From the NCBI GenBank assembly GCA_973895155.1, contig OZ316898.1:1-64000 (forward strand): a stretch of DNA of 64,000 bases. The letters are read 5' to 3'. Source of the DNA: Marsupella aquatica. Lineage: Eukaryota; Plantae; Marchantiophyta. Position numbers and translations under genes: made by a program. The notes under the pieces are model-generated. The model saw nothing but the letters and a program-made list of their open reading frames with translations, was not told the origin of the DNA and searched no databases. Below are positions 35,453 through 48,295 of this stretch, one piece after another; within the stretch, counting starts at the first letter, position 1, and each line of letters begins with the position of its first letter.

Positions 35453-37510
35453 TATAGGGTATGTAAGGAACTTGTCAATTTTTTTGTTGTTTGTACAAGG
35501 AATAGTAAGAAAGTTGTTGTAGTGTTAGCAAAGTACTTAGGGTTTGCAACCCTAAGTCACTAGGGAAGGCTAGTAGGAAATCATGGAAGGGAGAAAATGT
35601 GTTGTTCTAAGCAAATGTAAAGGGATAAGTAATGTGATTTTGGTAGGCAACAAATGTTCCACCCTTACTTAGGATACGCGACTAATTCAGGACCGGAAAA
35701 TGACCCGACACCTGACATCTTATTTTTGGCTGATATTTCTCCCATGGGTGCTGGGAGGTCACTAGGGAACCCTGAAAAAGTATGAAGTCAAGTGGGGTCT
35801 CAACCTAGGAGTTGTGAGTATTTTGACAGAAATTAAAATAACCAACTAGCGGCCCCGGAGAAAATAGCCAAGGGGTAAATTTTGTGGGTTCGAGGTTAGA
35901 ATTGAGTTTAGTATAGACCATAATATCCCTGGATTGTCTCAGAAATAATTTGTCACCTTTTGTTACTTTTTGGGAACACCTCAAAGATTGGGAATAGTAA
36001 TGCACTTTAATAGATATGGTCAAACTTATGTATTTTTAGAAAAGTCGCTATGGAGTGTTTAGAGAGTTTGATAAATTTAGGAGTGAGTCCTATGTCCAAG
36101 GATTCCAGAAATGTGCTCAGAAGTACGTTTGGACATTTGAGTGAATTATGGCATGGCCTTCAAGAGGGGCCAGTATAACTGTTTCTCCCGAGAGTAAAAC
36201 GAAAATTTTCTAAGTGTCAAAACGCGTCGACGTGACTGCGACCAGACTAGCACGAGGTCAGGCAAGCACGACATGGGCAGGAATGCACGAGGTGGGCTAA
36301 TTGAAAGGCTGGCCGATGCTCATCAAAATAGGCCACTCTTGATCTGAATAGGCAGGTGCGGGATTGAATTGAGCTAGCTACTGCTGAGAAGGACTTGACC
36401 CAGCTGCTACTGTGAAATTGAATTGTGAGCTATGGCTGCTAATTGGAATACGGAGGCTGGCTTTGAATTGGGAAGGTTGCTTGCTGCTATGGCAGCGGCA
36501 CAATAGATTAGAGGTGCTGCTATTAATCAGGCATGAGATACTCACGAGAATTGGCTGGCTATTGCCTTGATGCTGTTGAATTGATGGATGTTGCTGCTAG
36601 CTATGAAATTGCAGAGGTGGGCAGCTACGAAATTGAGAAGAGAGACCTGCTTGGCTAAGTGATTGGAATAGAGCTAGTTGTTGAGAAGGAATCAAGCTAT
36701 GGCTGCTGCTGTTGTAATTCAAGCTGCTATGCTTCGAATCTGCTGCTGTGCTGTTGTGCTGCAAAGCTGCGAATTGGTGGGCTATGGCTGCTGCAAAATT
36801 CTGCTGCGATTTTGAATCACTTGCAAGGCTGGATGACTATGGAGGTGGATTGAGAAGGGTGCTGTAGACCTGGCTGAGCTATCAATTGACCTGCTGTCAT
36901 TCAATCCAATAGAGAATTCTGCCATTTCAGATTGAATTCAAGAGAGAGGAAAATGCTGCAAAAATTGGTGTCCTTATCAATCTTCTTCATAAGAAACATG
37001 AGTATAATGAGAGTACTCTCCCCTCATGACACATGGAATCCCCATAAGGGGCGTGTAAGGTTCAAGTGTAATCGGGTCGCCGCTTACACCCGCTTTACAC
37101 CAAAAACAGGCCTTGGGAGAATGGGCATAACTTTGGCTAGGGGTATCCGTTGGGGCCCAAATTTTTTTGTGCTGAGTTAGGGGAAGGTAAGGCACCCCTT
37201 GGTGAAGGTGGAAACCCAGAAAAATAATCACTCAAATATGTTTTTAGCGGAGGCCACGAGGGGGTCCCCATAGCTTGCAAACGGGAGTCGGCATGGGGGA
37301 AGTAAGACCAGGTTTTTAGGCCGACACTTCTTGCACCCATGTCACCCAAGTTAGGATACATGGAGAAGAGAGTAACTCAGGGTAAAGGTGCAAGGCCGTT
37401 AGGGTAAGGAAAGTAAGTTGATAGGTCGGGGTAGTAAGTAAGAACTAGTACATAAGGAGCCAACTTTGACATGACACAACTTGAGACTCCCTCACTCTTT
37501 TTGCGAGCTT

Positions 37511-39859
37511 TGTCACGCGATTGACATGGGTCTTAACACCAAAAACGTCACTATGGGTGCCAAAACCATCTCCTTGTACCTGAGGATCACGAAGGGATGT
37601 TGTGAATGCCGGTAAACACCAGTTTATGCCCTTAACACCAGACTATCATAGCAAGACTCTATCACACATCACCCAAGCTCAATCCCAAGGAACCAAGGTT
37701 GGGGATCAGATCTGCGCTCATGATAGTTCTGGTGAGAAGGGGTCTTCATATCGGGCCCGTACACACAGGGCCTAGCGCTACGGTGCGCATAGGTCTATAC
37801 ATATGCTTACTGTCATAGGTATGTTTCTATTCCGCCGCCGGAATGTACCCATAAACCAGTGACTCCTGACTGATTCCCGGCTTAGGGACTTCTAAGCCAT
37901 TGCCCCACCACTCTGCCATTCCACTCTCAACAATCAGAGCTATGACAGTCCTCACCCAGCCCGCTTCAATGCACCCGGTACACCTCTCAGTGGCGCTGCT
38001 AGTTCCATCATACACTCAGATTGCCTCACACACACACACATCCATGAGAGAAATGAGGCCTGAGAGGAAAACTCAATTAGATTCAAAGATGTGCACAATA
38101 GTTCACTGAGAACACTTGATCCGAACACTAGGGCCGAAGGCTGTCTCCTCCAGATTGTGATGTGCTTGCCCTGCAAGCCCCGTGCTTGCCATGCAAGCTC
38201 AATCCTGAACTCAACCTCCTTCACTACACTTCATTCTTGGGGGCACATACAGATCTCACACCTCCAATTTAGAACGTCAAGTTACGCATGCATAGTTGAC
38301 TCGACTTCAAAGCTGGTACCAGGCCTAACGACGATCTATCCCAGACTGCAATGAGGCCCGGCCTCACGCTTGCCCTGCAAGCTCAGCTCTGGCCATAGAT
38401 CCCTTAGTGCTCTCCACCAGACAAAGGCCGGGACTCCCCATGGATCACGTAGCCTTGCCAGACTGAACTGTAAATGCTCCTCCTGCTGCCCCTTAATCAG
38501 TACCTCAGCCTCCCTAATGTGCCCACCGCAAATCGAATTGAAATCCTCCCCACAGTTTACAATCACCAATACATCACCTATCACCAAGGCTCTGTATCGG
38601 GGGAAAAGAACCCAGTTGTGCTGCCCACTAGAAAGAGCCACAATCCAGCTCGCAAACCTAGCAACCCGTTGCTGTGAAGCTTGGCTGATTACTCCCTGAG
38701 TAATAGCACAACCAAGCTCTCCCCAACACGCAGCGTCCAAGTCCAGCCTTGCTTGCACAGAGCTCCTCCCCGCTACTCAGTCTAAGTGAGATCACACAAC
38801 TGAAGTCCCCCCCTGCCTCTACCGGAGGGATGCTCTATATACTCTCTCATACTGAGCCCAAATGGGTGGATACTATGCTGCTGGAGCCCCATCCCAGCCC
38901 TAACAGAGCCGCCACTATCTCTAACTATTGAACCCTAACTCACAACTTTATTTCTATCTCGAATTGGCTATGTACTTCGGATTCGGCCCTCCTCCATGGT
39001 TTTTGCGAGCTTGCACCTCCTCTCCCGATTTCTCTATTTAACCATTTTCTGCGTGGATAGCAGCGTTGGAAGCGGCTTGAGCTCCTCTTTCCAACGAGGT
39101 CAATTATAGCCGATTTGATCAAATACACAGAGAGTTATGCCCCCGCAACCGAGAGGGGGTACTCACTGCTGCGCTAACCCGAGTTTGGCTAACCTAGCTA
39201 TCCTATCTAACCCGAGTAGAGCTAACCCGTGGTCTCGGGTTAGGCCGCTACCCGCTATCCGCTAACCTAGCCTAAGCTGAGCCCGAATCCGAGCTTACCT
39301 ATGCTAACCTGAGGCCGCGCTGACCTGAGCTAAGCTGAAGCCGTGTTGACCTGAGCTAAGCTGAAGCCGTGCTGACCTGAGCTAAGCTGAAGCCGTTCTT
39401 ACCTGAGATAAGCTGAAGCCGTGCTTACCTAAGCTAAGCTGAAGCCGTGCTGACCTGAGCTAAGCTGAAGCCGTGCTCACATAAGCTAAGCCGTGGTCGA
39501 ACTTGGGTTAACCCGAAACTGAAGCCGAATCCGCTAATTCCGGCCACAAGTTAACCCGTCACACTAATCAGGCCGTATCTTTCTTAATACACCTCCGTTT
39601 CCCGAGTGTTTTATATCGATTTTACTCGCCTTGACCAGATCTTTCCAATGCTCTTTACAGATCCGGATTTGGTGACATATTGAAAGAGATATGGTCACCG
39701 ACCACCTGCGACATAACTTTTATTTCCCTACTCTTAACGCCATGATTGCCCTTATTCTTGCCATCTTGCTAATTGTTATGCAATATTAATAGCTACTCCT
39801 TGCATACAGCAACCTACTTAATCAGATTACAAAATAAGGACCATGTCATTGGCGTCACA
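37511..39859. mobile_element. Solo LTR (about 2.35 kb), copy A
   Basis: Termini TGTCACGC...GCGTCACA with perfect TSD AGCTT (37506-37510 and 39860-39864). It has an internal 26-bp tandem repeat at about 39310-39495 and is highly similar to the copy starting at 42458. Confidence 0.85.
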
Positions 39860-42037
39860 AGCTTTCAAGTGGGCTGGGAAGCTGGTGAGGAGGACCATAA
39901 GTGAGAGCAGTTTTGGAGGTCAAGGCATGCAACTCATGTGTGGCATATTCCAGGGCTTGGAAGGAGTCAAGCAATAGGTTGTAGAGTGAGCTACAAACTT
40001 TAGAGTTGGACTTTGTGTGTTAGGAGGACTTGGGGGAGGAGTAGTTGGACCCCAGGTCAAGCTTGGTGTGGTGTGGAAGGAGAATAGTATATAAGGAGAA
40101 AGTTTTCCTTTGTTAGGGACCGAGAGTCTCATCTCTTAAGTGGAATCTCTACCTTGCCAAGGTAGGGCTAAGCTTGAGAAGGGAAAGGTGGTCCATGCTT
40201 AATGTGGAGAATGTGTAGTGAACTTTTGTTGTAAAGGTGATGCAATAAAAGGAGACTTGCCAATCTTCATTGTGACCATTAAGTGTGAGTGCATTTGAAG
40301 TATATGAAGAGCAAGAGAAGAGATGCTATGATGTAATCTTGGTCTAAGCTCAAAGGGGATGTGCTAGTACAAAACCAAGGCCAAGAGGCAAGGTTAAGGT
40401 AGAGCACTACTTTGAGACTTAGAGAGGATTATAGCTTGAGGGTGGAAAGTATTTTGCTTGGTGTGTGGTGTTAACAAGAAGTAAGAACAAGAGGAAGAGT
40501 CCTTAGATAGAGGAGCCCTCTCTAGAGCTCAAAGGGGATGTGTGGACCCAAACCAAGGCCAGGGGGCAAGGTTAAGGGGTAACACTACTTTGAGGGTCTT
40601 GAGGAGACTTAAGCTTGAAGAGGAAAGTACTTTGGTTCTTGGGTGTTTGTGTGAGAATCTACTCTAAGGTGACAGCTTGGAGCGGAGATCCCCTTTGCTG
40701 ATCCTTGGAGTAGAGGAGAGGGGAAGGGTGCGAGTACAAAAGTAGTCAAGGGGACTACCTCTCTAGAAGTGGAGAGTTGAAACTACTTATGTGTGGAGTG
40801 ATTAGACATTGTAGGCACATTTCAGAAGTTTTGTCAATCCTTTGTGACCCTGGTATGATATGGAACAGGTATTAGGTAGTCTTTTGGGGAGAAAAGCCGC
40901 TTAAGTTCCTTGACAAGTGTTTGACAACAGGGAAGTCGCAACTCATCTCATCCACGCCCGCCATGGCAAGTTGTAGCTACGGTTCTTGAAGTTGAGTCAC
41001 TATTGCTACAAAAATCTAAGTCGCAAAAAGTCGGGGCGTATTGGCGTGATCGCGCATGAGCGTATAAATACCACGGCGCTCAAGCGTCTCTACGTATGGG
41101 CATGAACGTCGAGGCCTTTGGTAGCAAACAGGGAAGTGGAAATATTCGTCGAGAGCAGATGGTCCAGTAAGTCACTTTGTCACTCCCTCCTCATCGTCAA
41201 TGGCTACTTTTGGTTACCGGTAGGGTGGGCTGCGTATAAGCGTCTGGGTGCATCAGCGCATAAGCCTCTATGCGTCTGAGCGCATTAGCGCATAAGCATC
41301 TATGCGACTCCCGATTTGACATGGCCTTAAAAGTAACTAGTTTTAGTAGACTACAGGGATGTACTTGAAGAGGGCGTAACTACTCTAATGCTCCTAATTA
41401 ATATAGATAACCTGAGTTGAATCACTACTTATCTCAAAAAGTTGAAAATTTTAAAGTTTTCACAGAAATTCTGAATAACTGCTATATCACATACAACACT
41501 TGGCATTACGGGCCCAAGAGTTTGAGGCGGATCGGGCATAGACCCGGGTGTGGATTAGCATTGAGTCTAGAGAGTAAATAATATATCATAACTGTACAGA
41601 GTGAATTAGTTCTAATCAGGAAGCCTGGTCTTCTTTAATAATTTGTGTCTCATTTCCCACGTCCAAAATTGAATGGTGACACATTTGATGCTAACGGAGT
41701 TTAAAGGTTCAACATGAAAGCTATGGGAGTCTACGGTTTAACCGAAAATGTTATGGGAGCCTACACTTTAACCGAAAATGTTGTGGGAGTCCATATGCTG
41801 AAACTTGGAGACATACCATGCATCGCATGTGAGACACAGCCTTTACATAAGAGTCTTGTATGGTGGGTTGGATAGTGAAGGCGATTTGGGTCCTAAGAGT
41901 GTCTGAATGGAGTTGCAATGGAGCTGCAACACAGATGGAGGTGAGTAGCAAGGCATGAATACAGCAACCATGGATGTTGTACAAAAGAGAAGCTCCATCA
42001 CTGCAAGCTCCATCACTGCAAACTTGGCCTGAAACCA

Positions 42038-42326
42038 CGCCACTGCCAGCAGTAAGCATAAAAAATGCAACCATTTGGAAACGCCTTCGCTCAAAGACTA
42101 CATCCGACAATGACTCAAATCCATCACTTGCTGCAATTATTGACGATGTCAGTACGCCATCCAAGCGACGCAAGATTCAGGACGCACTGCCACCAAAAAG
42201 CATAAAAAATGTAACCATTCGGAAATGCCTTTGCTCAAAGACTGCATCCGACAACGACTCTAATCCATCACTTGCTGCAATTATTGACGACGTCAGTACG
42301 CCATCCAAGCGACGCAAGATTCAAGA
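42038..42326. repeat. Two tandem copies of an approximately 141-bp unit
   Basis: aagcataaaaaatg...catccgacaa...cttgctgcaattattgacga...gacgcaagattca is duplicated. Confidence 0.8.
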
Positions 42327-44835
42327 TGCAAAAGGGAATTTGGAGGTGGCGAGCACAGTAAAGGACCAGATTGAAGGCCAGCGACAGGAATTTTTGAAGG
42401 CCAATGCTTCCCGACCAAAATACTGACCCAACAATAATGCAGAAGGGAATTTGAAGGTGTCACGCGATTGACATGGGTCTTAACACCAAAAACGTCACTA
42501 TGGGTGCCAAAACCATCTCCTTGTACCTGAGGATGATGAAGGGATGTTGTGAAGGCCGGTAAACACCAATTTATGCCCTTAACACCAGATTATCATAGCA
42601 AGACTCTATCACACATCACCCAAGCTCAATCCCAAGGAACCAAGGTTGGGGATCAGGTCTGCGCTCATGATAGTTCTGGTGAGAAGGGGTCTTCATATCG
42701 GGCCCGTACACACAGGGCCTAGCGCTACGGTGCGCATAGGTCTATACGTATGCTTACTGTCATAGGTATGTTTCTATTCCGCCGTCGGAATGTACCCATA
42801 AACCAGTGACTCCTGACTGATTCCCGGCTTAGGGACTTCTAAGCCATTGCCCCACCATTCTGCCATTCCACTCTCAGCAATCAGAGCTATGATAGTCCTC
42901 ACCCAGCCCGCTTCAATGCACCCTGTACACCTCTCAGTGGCGCTGCTAGTCCCATCATACACTCAGATTGCCTCACACACACACACACATCCATGAGAGA
43001 AATGAGGCCTGAGAGGAAAACTCAATTAGATTCAAAGATGTGCACAATAGTTCACTAAGAACACTTGATCCGAACACTAGGGCCGAAGGTTGTCTCCTCT
43101 AGATTGTGGCGTGCTTGCCCCGCAAGCCCCATGCTTGCCATGCAAGCTCAATCCTGAACCTGAGCCCGGCTCACTCCAAATTGCGATGGCAGATTGGACT
43201 CAAACCAATCACGTACTTGCCTTGCAAACTCAATCCTGAACTCAACCTCTTTCACTGCACTTCATTCTTGGGGGCACATACAGATCTCACACCTCCAATT
43301 CAGAACGTCAAGTTACGCATACATAGTTGACTCAACTTCAAAGCTGGTACCAGGCCTAACGGCAATCTACCCCAGACTACAATGAGGCCCGGCCTCATGC
43401 TTGCCCTGCAAGCTCCGCTCTGGCCATAGATCCCTTAGTGTTCTCCACCAGACAAAGGCCGGGACTCCCCATGGATCACGTGGCCTTGCCAGACTGAACT
43501 GTAAATGCTCCTCCTGCTGCCCCTCAATCAGTGTCTCAGCCTCCCTAATGTGCTCACCACAAATCAAATTGACATCCTCCCCACAGTTTACAATCACCAA
43601 TACATCACCTATCACCAAGGCTCTGTATCGGGGGAAAAGAACCCAGTTGTGCTACCCACTAGAAAGAGCCACAATCCAGCTCGCAAACCTAGCAACCCGT
43701 TGCTGTGAAGCTTGGCTGATTACTCCCTGAGTAATAGCACAACCAAGCTCTCCCCAATACGCAGTGTCCAAGTCCAGCCTTGCTTGCACAGAGCTCCTCC
43801 CTGCTGCTCAGTCTAAGTGAGATCACACAACTGAAGTCCCCCCCCCCCTTGCCTCTACCGGGGGGCTGCTCTATATACTCTCATACTGAGCCCAAATGGG
43901 TGGATACTACGCTGTTGGAGCCCCATCCCAGCCCTAACAGAGCCGCCACTATCTCTAACTACTGAACCCTAACTCGCAACTTTATTTCTATCTCGAATTG
44001 GCTATGTACTTCGGATTTGGCCCTCCTCCATGGTTTTTGCGAGCTTGCGCATCCTCTCCTGATTTCTCTATTCAACCATTTGCTGCATGGATAGCAGCGT
44101 TGGAAGCGGCTTGAGCTCCTCTTTCCAACGAGGTCAATTATAGCCGATTTGGTCAAATACACAGAGAGTTATGCCCCCGCAACCGAGAGGGGGTACTCAC
44201 TGCTGCGCTAACCCGAGTTACATAGCTAACCCGAGTTCGGCTAACCTAGCTATCCTATCTAACCCGAGTAGAGCTAACCCGTGGTCTCGGGTTAGGCCGC
44301 TACCCGCTATCCGCTATCCACTAACCGCTAACCTAAGCTGAGCCCGAACCCGAGCTTACCTATGCTAACCTGAGCCCGAGTTTAGGCTAACCCGAGTTAA
44401 CTCTAACCCGGGATCAATCTAATCCGAACCCGGGTTAAGCCTAAGCTGAAGCTGTGCTTACCTGAGATAAGCTGAAGCCGTGCTTACCTAAGCTAAGCCG
44501 TGGCCGAGCTTGGGTTAACTCGAAACTAAAGCCGAATCCGCTAATTCCGGCCACAAGTTAACCCGTCACACTAATCAGGCCGTATCTTCCTTAATACACT
44601 TCCGTTTCCTGAGTGTTTTATATCGATTTTACTCGCCTTGACCAGATCTTTCCAATGCTCTTTACAGATCCGGATTTGGTGACATATTGAACAAGATATG
44701 GTCGCCGACCACCCGCGACATAGCCTTTAATTTCCCTAACATTCTAAGACTAGACTATGAACCACTAACCTAACTAACAAAATGAAGCTACACACCCAAG
44801 ACATTCAAATTTTATCATGAGAACAATCACCATAC

Positions 44836-44999
44836 TGTTGTAACCATTTACTCTAGACCATGGTTAACCCCTAACCCTATCCTGAAGGGGTAACATGGGT
44901 TAACACCAACCCCAACATGTAACCCTATGGTGACTATATAAGTCACACCCATAATGGAACACAACAGCGAGTTGCAAGTCTCTCCATTGTCACACAACA
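44836..44999 (+). repeat. 5' LTR of the Copia element
   Basis: Direct repeat of 50457-50620, with TG...CA ends and a TATATAA box. Confidence 0.95.
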
Positions 45000-45454
45000 C
45001 GTTATCAGCGCGATAGCATCTAATTTTTTTTTTCAGTTTGGAGTTAAGGTAGGATAATTGGAGTACGGCTTTCAGACAAAGAAATTGACTTCCAATGTTG
45101 CGTTTTTAGCCCCACCCCACATCAGTAACTGCCACCGATTCAAATCACACCATAATTTAAACTTCGGATCCTCTGAATAGTCCACGAATCCTTACGGAAA
45201 ACACACAATCCGTATATAATTGATTAGTGACACTATCGGAGAGGCATGAATCACTTTGAAATAGTGTTTTCCCGTTCAAATTCGACTCAATTTTTTTTAT
45301 ATCTTATTGTTCCGCCACGGAAATCCTGAGTTTCTTTTATCGCCAAGGAAAATCCCGTGGATAAAAAGGCACGAGTGATTGAAGTAATTGAGAACGACAT
45401 AGATTTGATATTAATCAGAACGCGGACAGTGATTTGTTACAGATTTGAGATACT

Positions 45455-48295
45455 ATGGCCACTCTGGAGAAATTACACTTTCCAGCCCTATTGGCAGATG
45501 GCAATAGTTACTTAACCTGGTCAATAGATGTAGAGACCTACTTCGCATCAATACAACTAGAGGATACATTAATTACTGATGACAATTTAACATTGCAACA
45601 GAAGGCCAAAGCTGTATTTCTACTTAGACAGCATTTGACACCATCACTGAAGACACAATATATGAGTGATCTTAATCCCCGTCTATTATGGGACAAATTA
45701 AAAGCTCGATTTGACCATATGCGAGAGGTCTGGCTCCCAGAAGCCCGCAGGGATTGGTTTAATCTACGTGTCATGGATCATACTTCTATAGCAAATTATA
45801 ATAGTTCTCTATTTCGTATTACATCTCAATTGGAGATGTGTGGCCACCCAGTTGCAGACTTAGACAAAATCGATAAAACGTTGAGTACTTTCCCAGAGGC
45901 CAACATCGCCTTGGGAACTCAATACAGGAATATGCAATTCACAACTTATTCTAACTTAATTGCACATCTCCTAGTAGAGGAGAAACAACAAATTGTCTCT
46001 CTACAGAATGCAAGGAAACGACCACCAGGCACTGCACCAATACCACAGAAACCAGAAATTAATTACAATGCCCCAGAAGACCAACAACGAAATATAAAAG
46101 GCCGGGGTACACAAAGAGGTGGATATAGAGGACGAGGTCGCAACTCAAATTATAGTGGAAGGGGAAATCAGTATGAAAATACCAGAGGTCGAGGCAGCAG
46201 AAGCCGTGGCCGGGGTAGAGGAAGAGGACGTGGCAGAGGTCACGCCCAATCATCTGACAACACACGAGAAGACCGAATGTGTTATAGATGTGGAAAAATT
46301 GGCCACCTAAAGAAAGACTGCTGGGCTTCTGACCAAGCGGCTAAGAGGCACTCAGAAGCAAGAGCTAAGTTAAAGCAAAATCCAGATGGCAACTATATGG
46401 AATTGGAAGAGGAGCTACCATCTTATCGAGAAGAAACTGATATGATAGACCAATCCAACGCTGAAGCTCATCTGGTGACAGCAGAGCCACCATATCCCTC
46501 CTCCAACGATCCCAATTTAGGTATCATTGATAGTGGGACATCCCACACTATCCTAAAAGATAGGAGTTATTTCCAAGACATCACTCCATCTGCCAGGGTA
46601 ATGACAACCATATCAGGTACGAATAAGATTGAGGAAGGAACAGGAAAGGCTACTGTCAAATTTCCCCAAGGAACAGTCATTAACATCGAAGCAGCTATCT
46701 TTGCACCAAAAGCTACTCGAAATTTGATTAGCTTCAAAGACGTTGTTGCTAATAATTATCAACTCCGCACAGCAATGCTCCAGCAGAAACCTACTTTGCA
46801 AATAGTAGCCATGACCACAGATGGAATTCAAATCAAAGAGATACTACCTCTAATACCCCCGGGTTTATATGCAGCCCCAATAACAGCGAACTATGCCACA
46901 GCAGAATCAAATAATCTTACATACCTCTGGCACTGTCGACTGGGGCACCCGGGAATAAATATGTACCGTCGCATCATCAATGACTCACGAGGAATCCCTA
47001 AAGGAGTGCGTCCATCTATAAATCATAAGCAATGTCTGGCATGTTCTCAGGGGAAGCTGAGTACACGCCCAGCTACACAAAAGACCATCTATACTATCCC
47101 TAAATTCCTGGAACGTCTAAATGCTGATGTCTGCGGGCCAATACACCCTCCAAGTGGGCCTTTCAGATATTTTTTAGCCATTGTAGACTCTTCAACTAAA
47201 TGGCTCCAAGTTTCATTAATTTCTACTCGTAACCTGGTCTTTGCCAGAATCTTAGCCAACTTATTAAAACTTCGAGTACAATTCCCAGATTGTCCAATTA
47301 AGAAATTGCGAGTGGACGGGGCAGGGGAATTTACCTCCAGAGCATTTGACGACTTCTGTATGACAGCGGGGATCGACATTGAATACTCAGTTCCTTACGT
47401 CCATTTCCAGAACGGCATAGCAGAGTCAGTCATAAAAAGGATTCAAATGATAACAAGGCCACTTCTATTGAACTCTAAACTACCACCTTCAGCATGGGGA
47501 CACGCTGTCCTCCATGCAACAACTTTGCTTAAGTATCGGCCGTCAGCATTTAATACTAAAACCCCTCATCAACTTGCATTCGGTTTACCCCCTGATCTTT
47601 CACACATTAGAGTATTCGGATGTAAAGTGATGGTACCCATCCTTGGGCCACATCGATCCAAACTTGGCCCACAGAGGAGAGAAGGTATTTATATTGGCCA
47701 TGACTCCTCGTCTATTATCCGCTATCTGGAACCTAGCACAGCTGATGTATTTAAAGCAAGACACGCTGACTGCCATTTCTATGAGGAAATTTTCCCCTCA
47801 TTACTTAAGGCGCCAACTACATCACACGACATAACACCAGTACAGCTCAATTGGAATAGCAGAAATCTACTCAATCAAGATCCAAGAACTCAAAGTGCAG
47901 ACGAGGAGGTAAGGCGCTTATTACATCTCCACGAAATGTTGGAAAAGATTCCTGACGCTTTCAATGACGCAGCAAATGTGACCAGATCACATGTTGAAGC
48001 AGTCAATACCCCAGCTCGGATTCAGCTGCTGCCAACTCAAGCAAAGGAAACCTTACCTAAGGCGAAGAGAGGACGCCCACTAGGATCCACTGATTCTCGC
48101 CCTCGCCAGAGACGTGCACAAACGGTAAATACTGAAACCACATTTAATCTGGTCAGTATCGAACCAGAGAAAAAGAGGGCACCAGATAATGAAGAAATGT
48201 CTATTCAATACACACACAGGACACATTTATGCTCGATCAAACACAATAATAGACGAGCAGTTTGCTTATCATATAGCCCAATCCATCTCAAATGA
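45455..48295 (+). CDS. gag-pol: Copia Gag-protease-integrase portion of the polyprotein
   Basis: Bianca-like Gag (NSYLTWSIDVE...KAKAVFLLRQHL), CCHC knuckle CYRCGKIGHLKKDC, protease IIDSGTSHT, WHCRLGHPG..CLAC, and integrase DVCGP/RVDGAGEF/QNGIAES. Confidence 0.9.
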   Translation: MATLEKLHFPALLADGNSYLTWSIDVETYFASIQLEDTLITDDNLTLQQKAKAVFLLRQHLTPSLKTQYMSDLNPRLLWDKLKARFDHMREVWLPEARRDWFNLRVMDHTSIANYNSSLFRITSQLEMCGHPVADLDKIDKTLSTFPEANIALGTQYRNMQFTTYSNLIAHLLVEEKQQIVSLQNARKRPPGTAPIPQKPEINYNAPEDQQRNIKGRGTQRGGYRGRGRNSNYSGRGNQYENTRGRGSRSRGRGRGRGRGRGHAQSSDNTREDRMCYRCGKIGHLKKDCWASDQAAKRHSEARAKLKQNPDGNYMELEEELPSYREETDMIDQSNAEAHLVTAEPPYPSSNDPNLGIIDSGTSHTILKDRSYFQDITPSARVMTTISGTNKIEEGTGKATVKFPQGTVINIEAAIFAPKATRNLISFKDVVANNYQLRTAMLQQKPTLQIVAMTTDGIQIKEILPLIPPGLYAAPITANYATAESNNLTYLWHCRLGHPGINMYRRIINDSRGIPKGVRPSINHKQCLACSQGKLSTRPATQKTIYTIPKFLERLNADVCGPIHPPSGPFRYFLAIVDSSTKWLQVSLISTRNLVFARILANLLKLRVQFPDCPIKKLRVDGAGEFTSRAFDDFCMTAGIDIEYSVPYVHFQNGIAESVIKRIQMITRPLLLNSKLPPSAWGHAVLHATTLLKYRPSAFNTKTPHQLAFGLPPDLSHIRVFGCKVMVPILGPHRSKLGPQRREGIYIGHDSSSIIRYLEPSTADVFKARHADCHFYEEIFPSLLKAPTTSHDITPVQLNWNSRNLLNQDPRTQSADEEVRRLLHLHEMLEKIPDAFNDAANVTRSHVEAVNTPARIQLLPTQAKETLPKAKRGRPLGSTDSRPRQRRAQTVNTETTFNLVSIEPEKKRAPDNEEMSIQYTHRTHLCSIKHNNRRAVCLSYSPIHLK

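Larger units (their letters stand above)
31528..41491 (-). mobile_element. About 7.6-kb (excluding the nested insert) TG...CA element with 5-bp TSD and no terminal direct repeats; giant solo-LTR-like unit carrying an ORF
   Basis: TSD TACAA at 31523-31527 and 41492-41496. Termini are TGTAGTAT...ATATCACA. The flanking reading frame is restored on removal. There is a minus-strand TATAAATA at about 32350. Confidence 0.75.
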
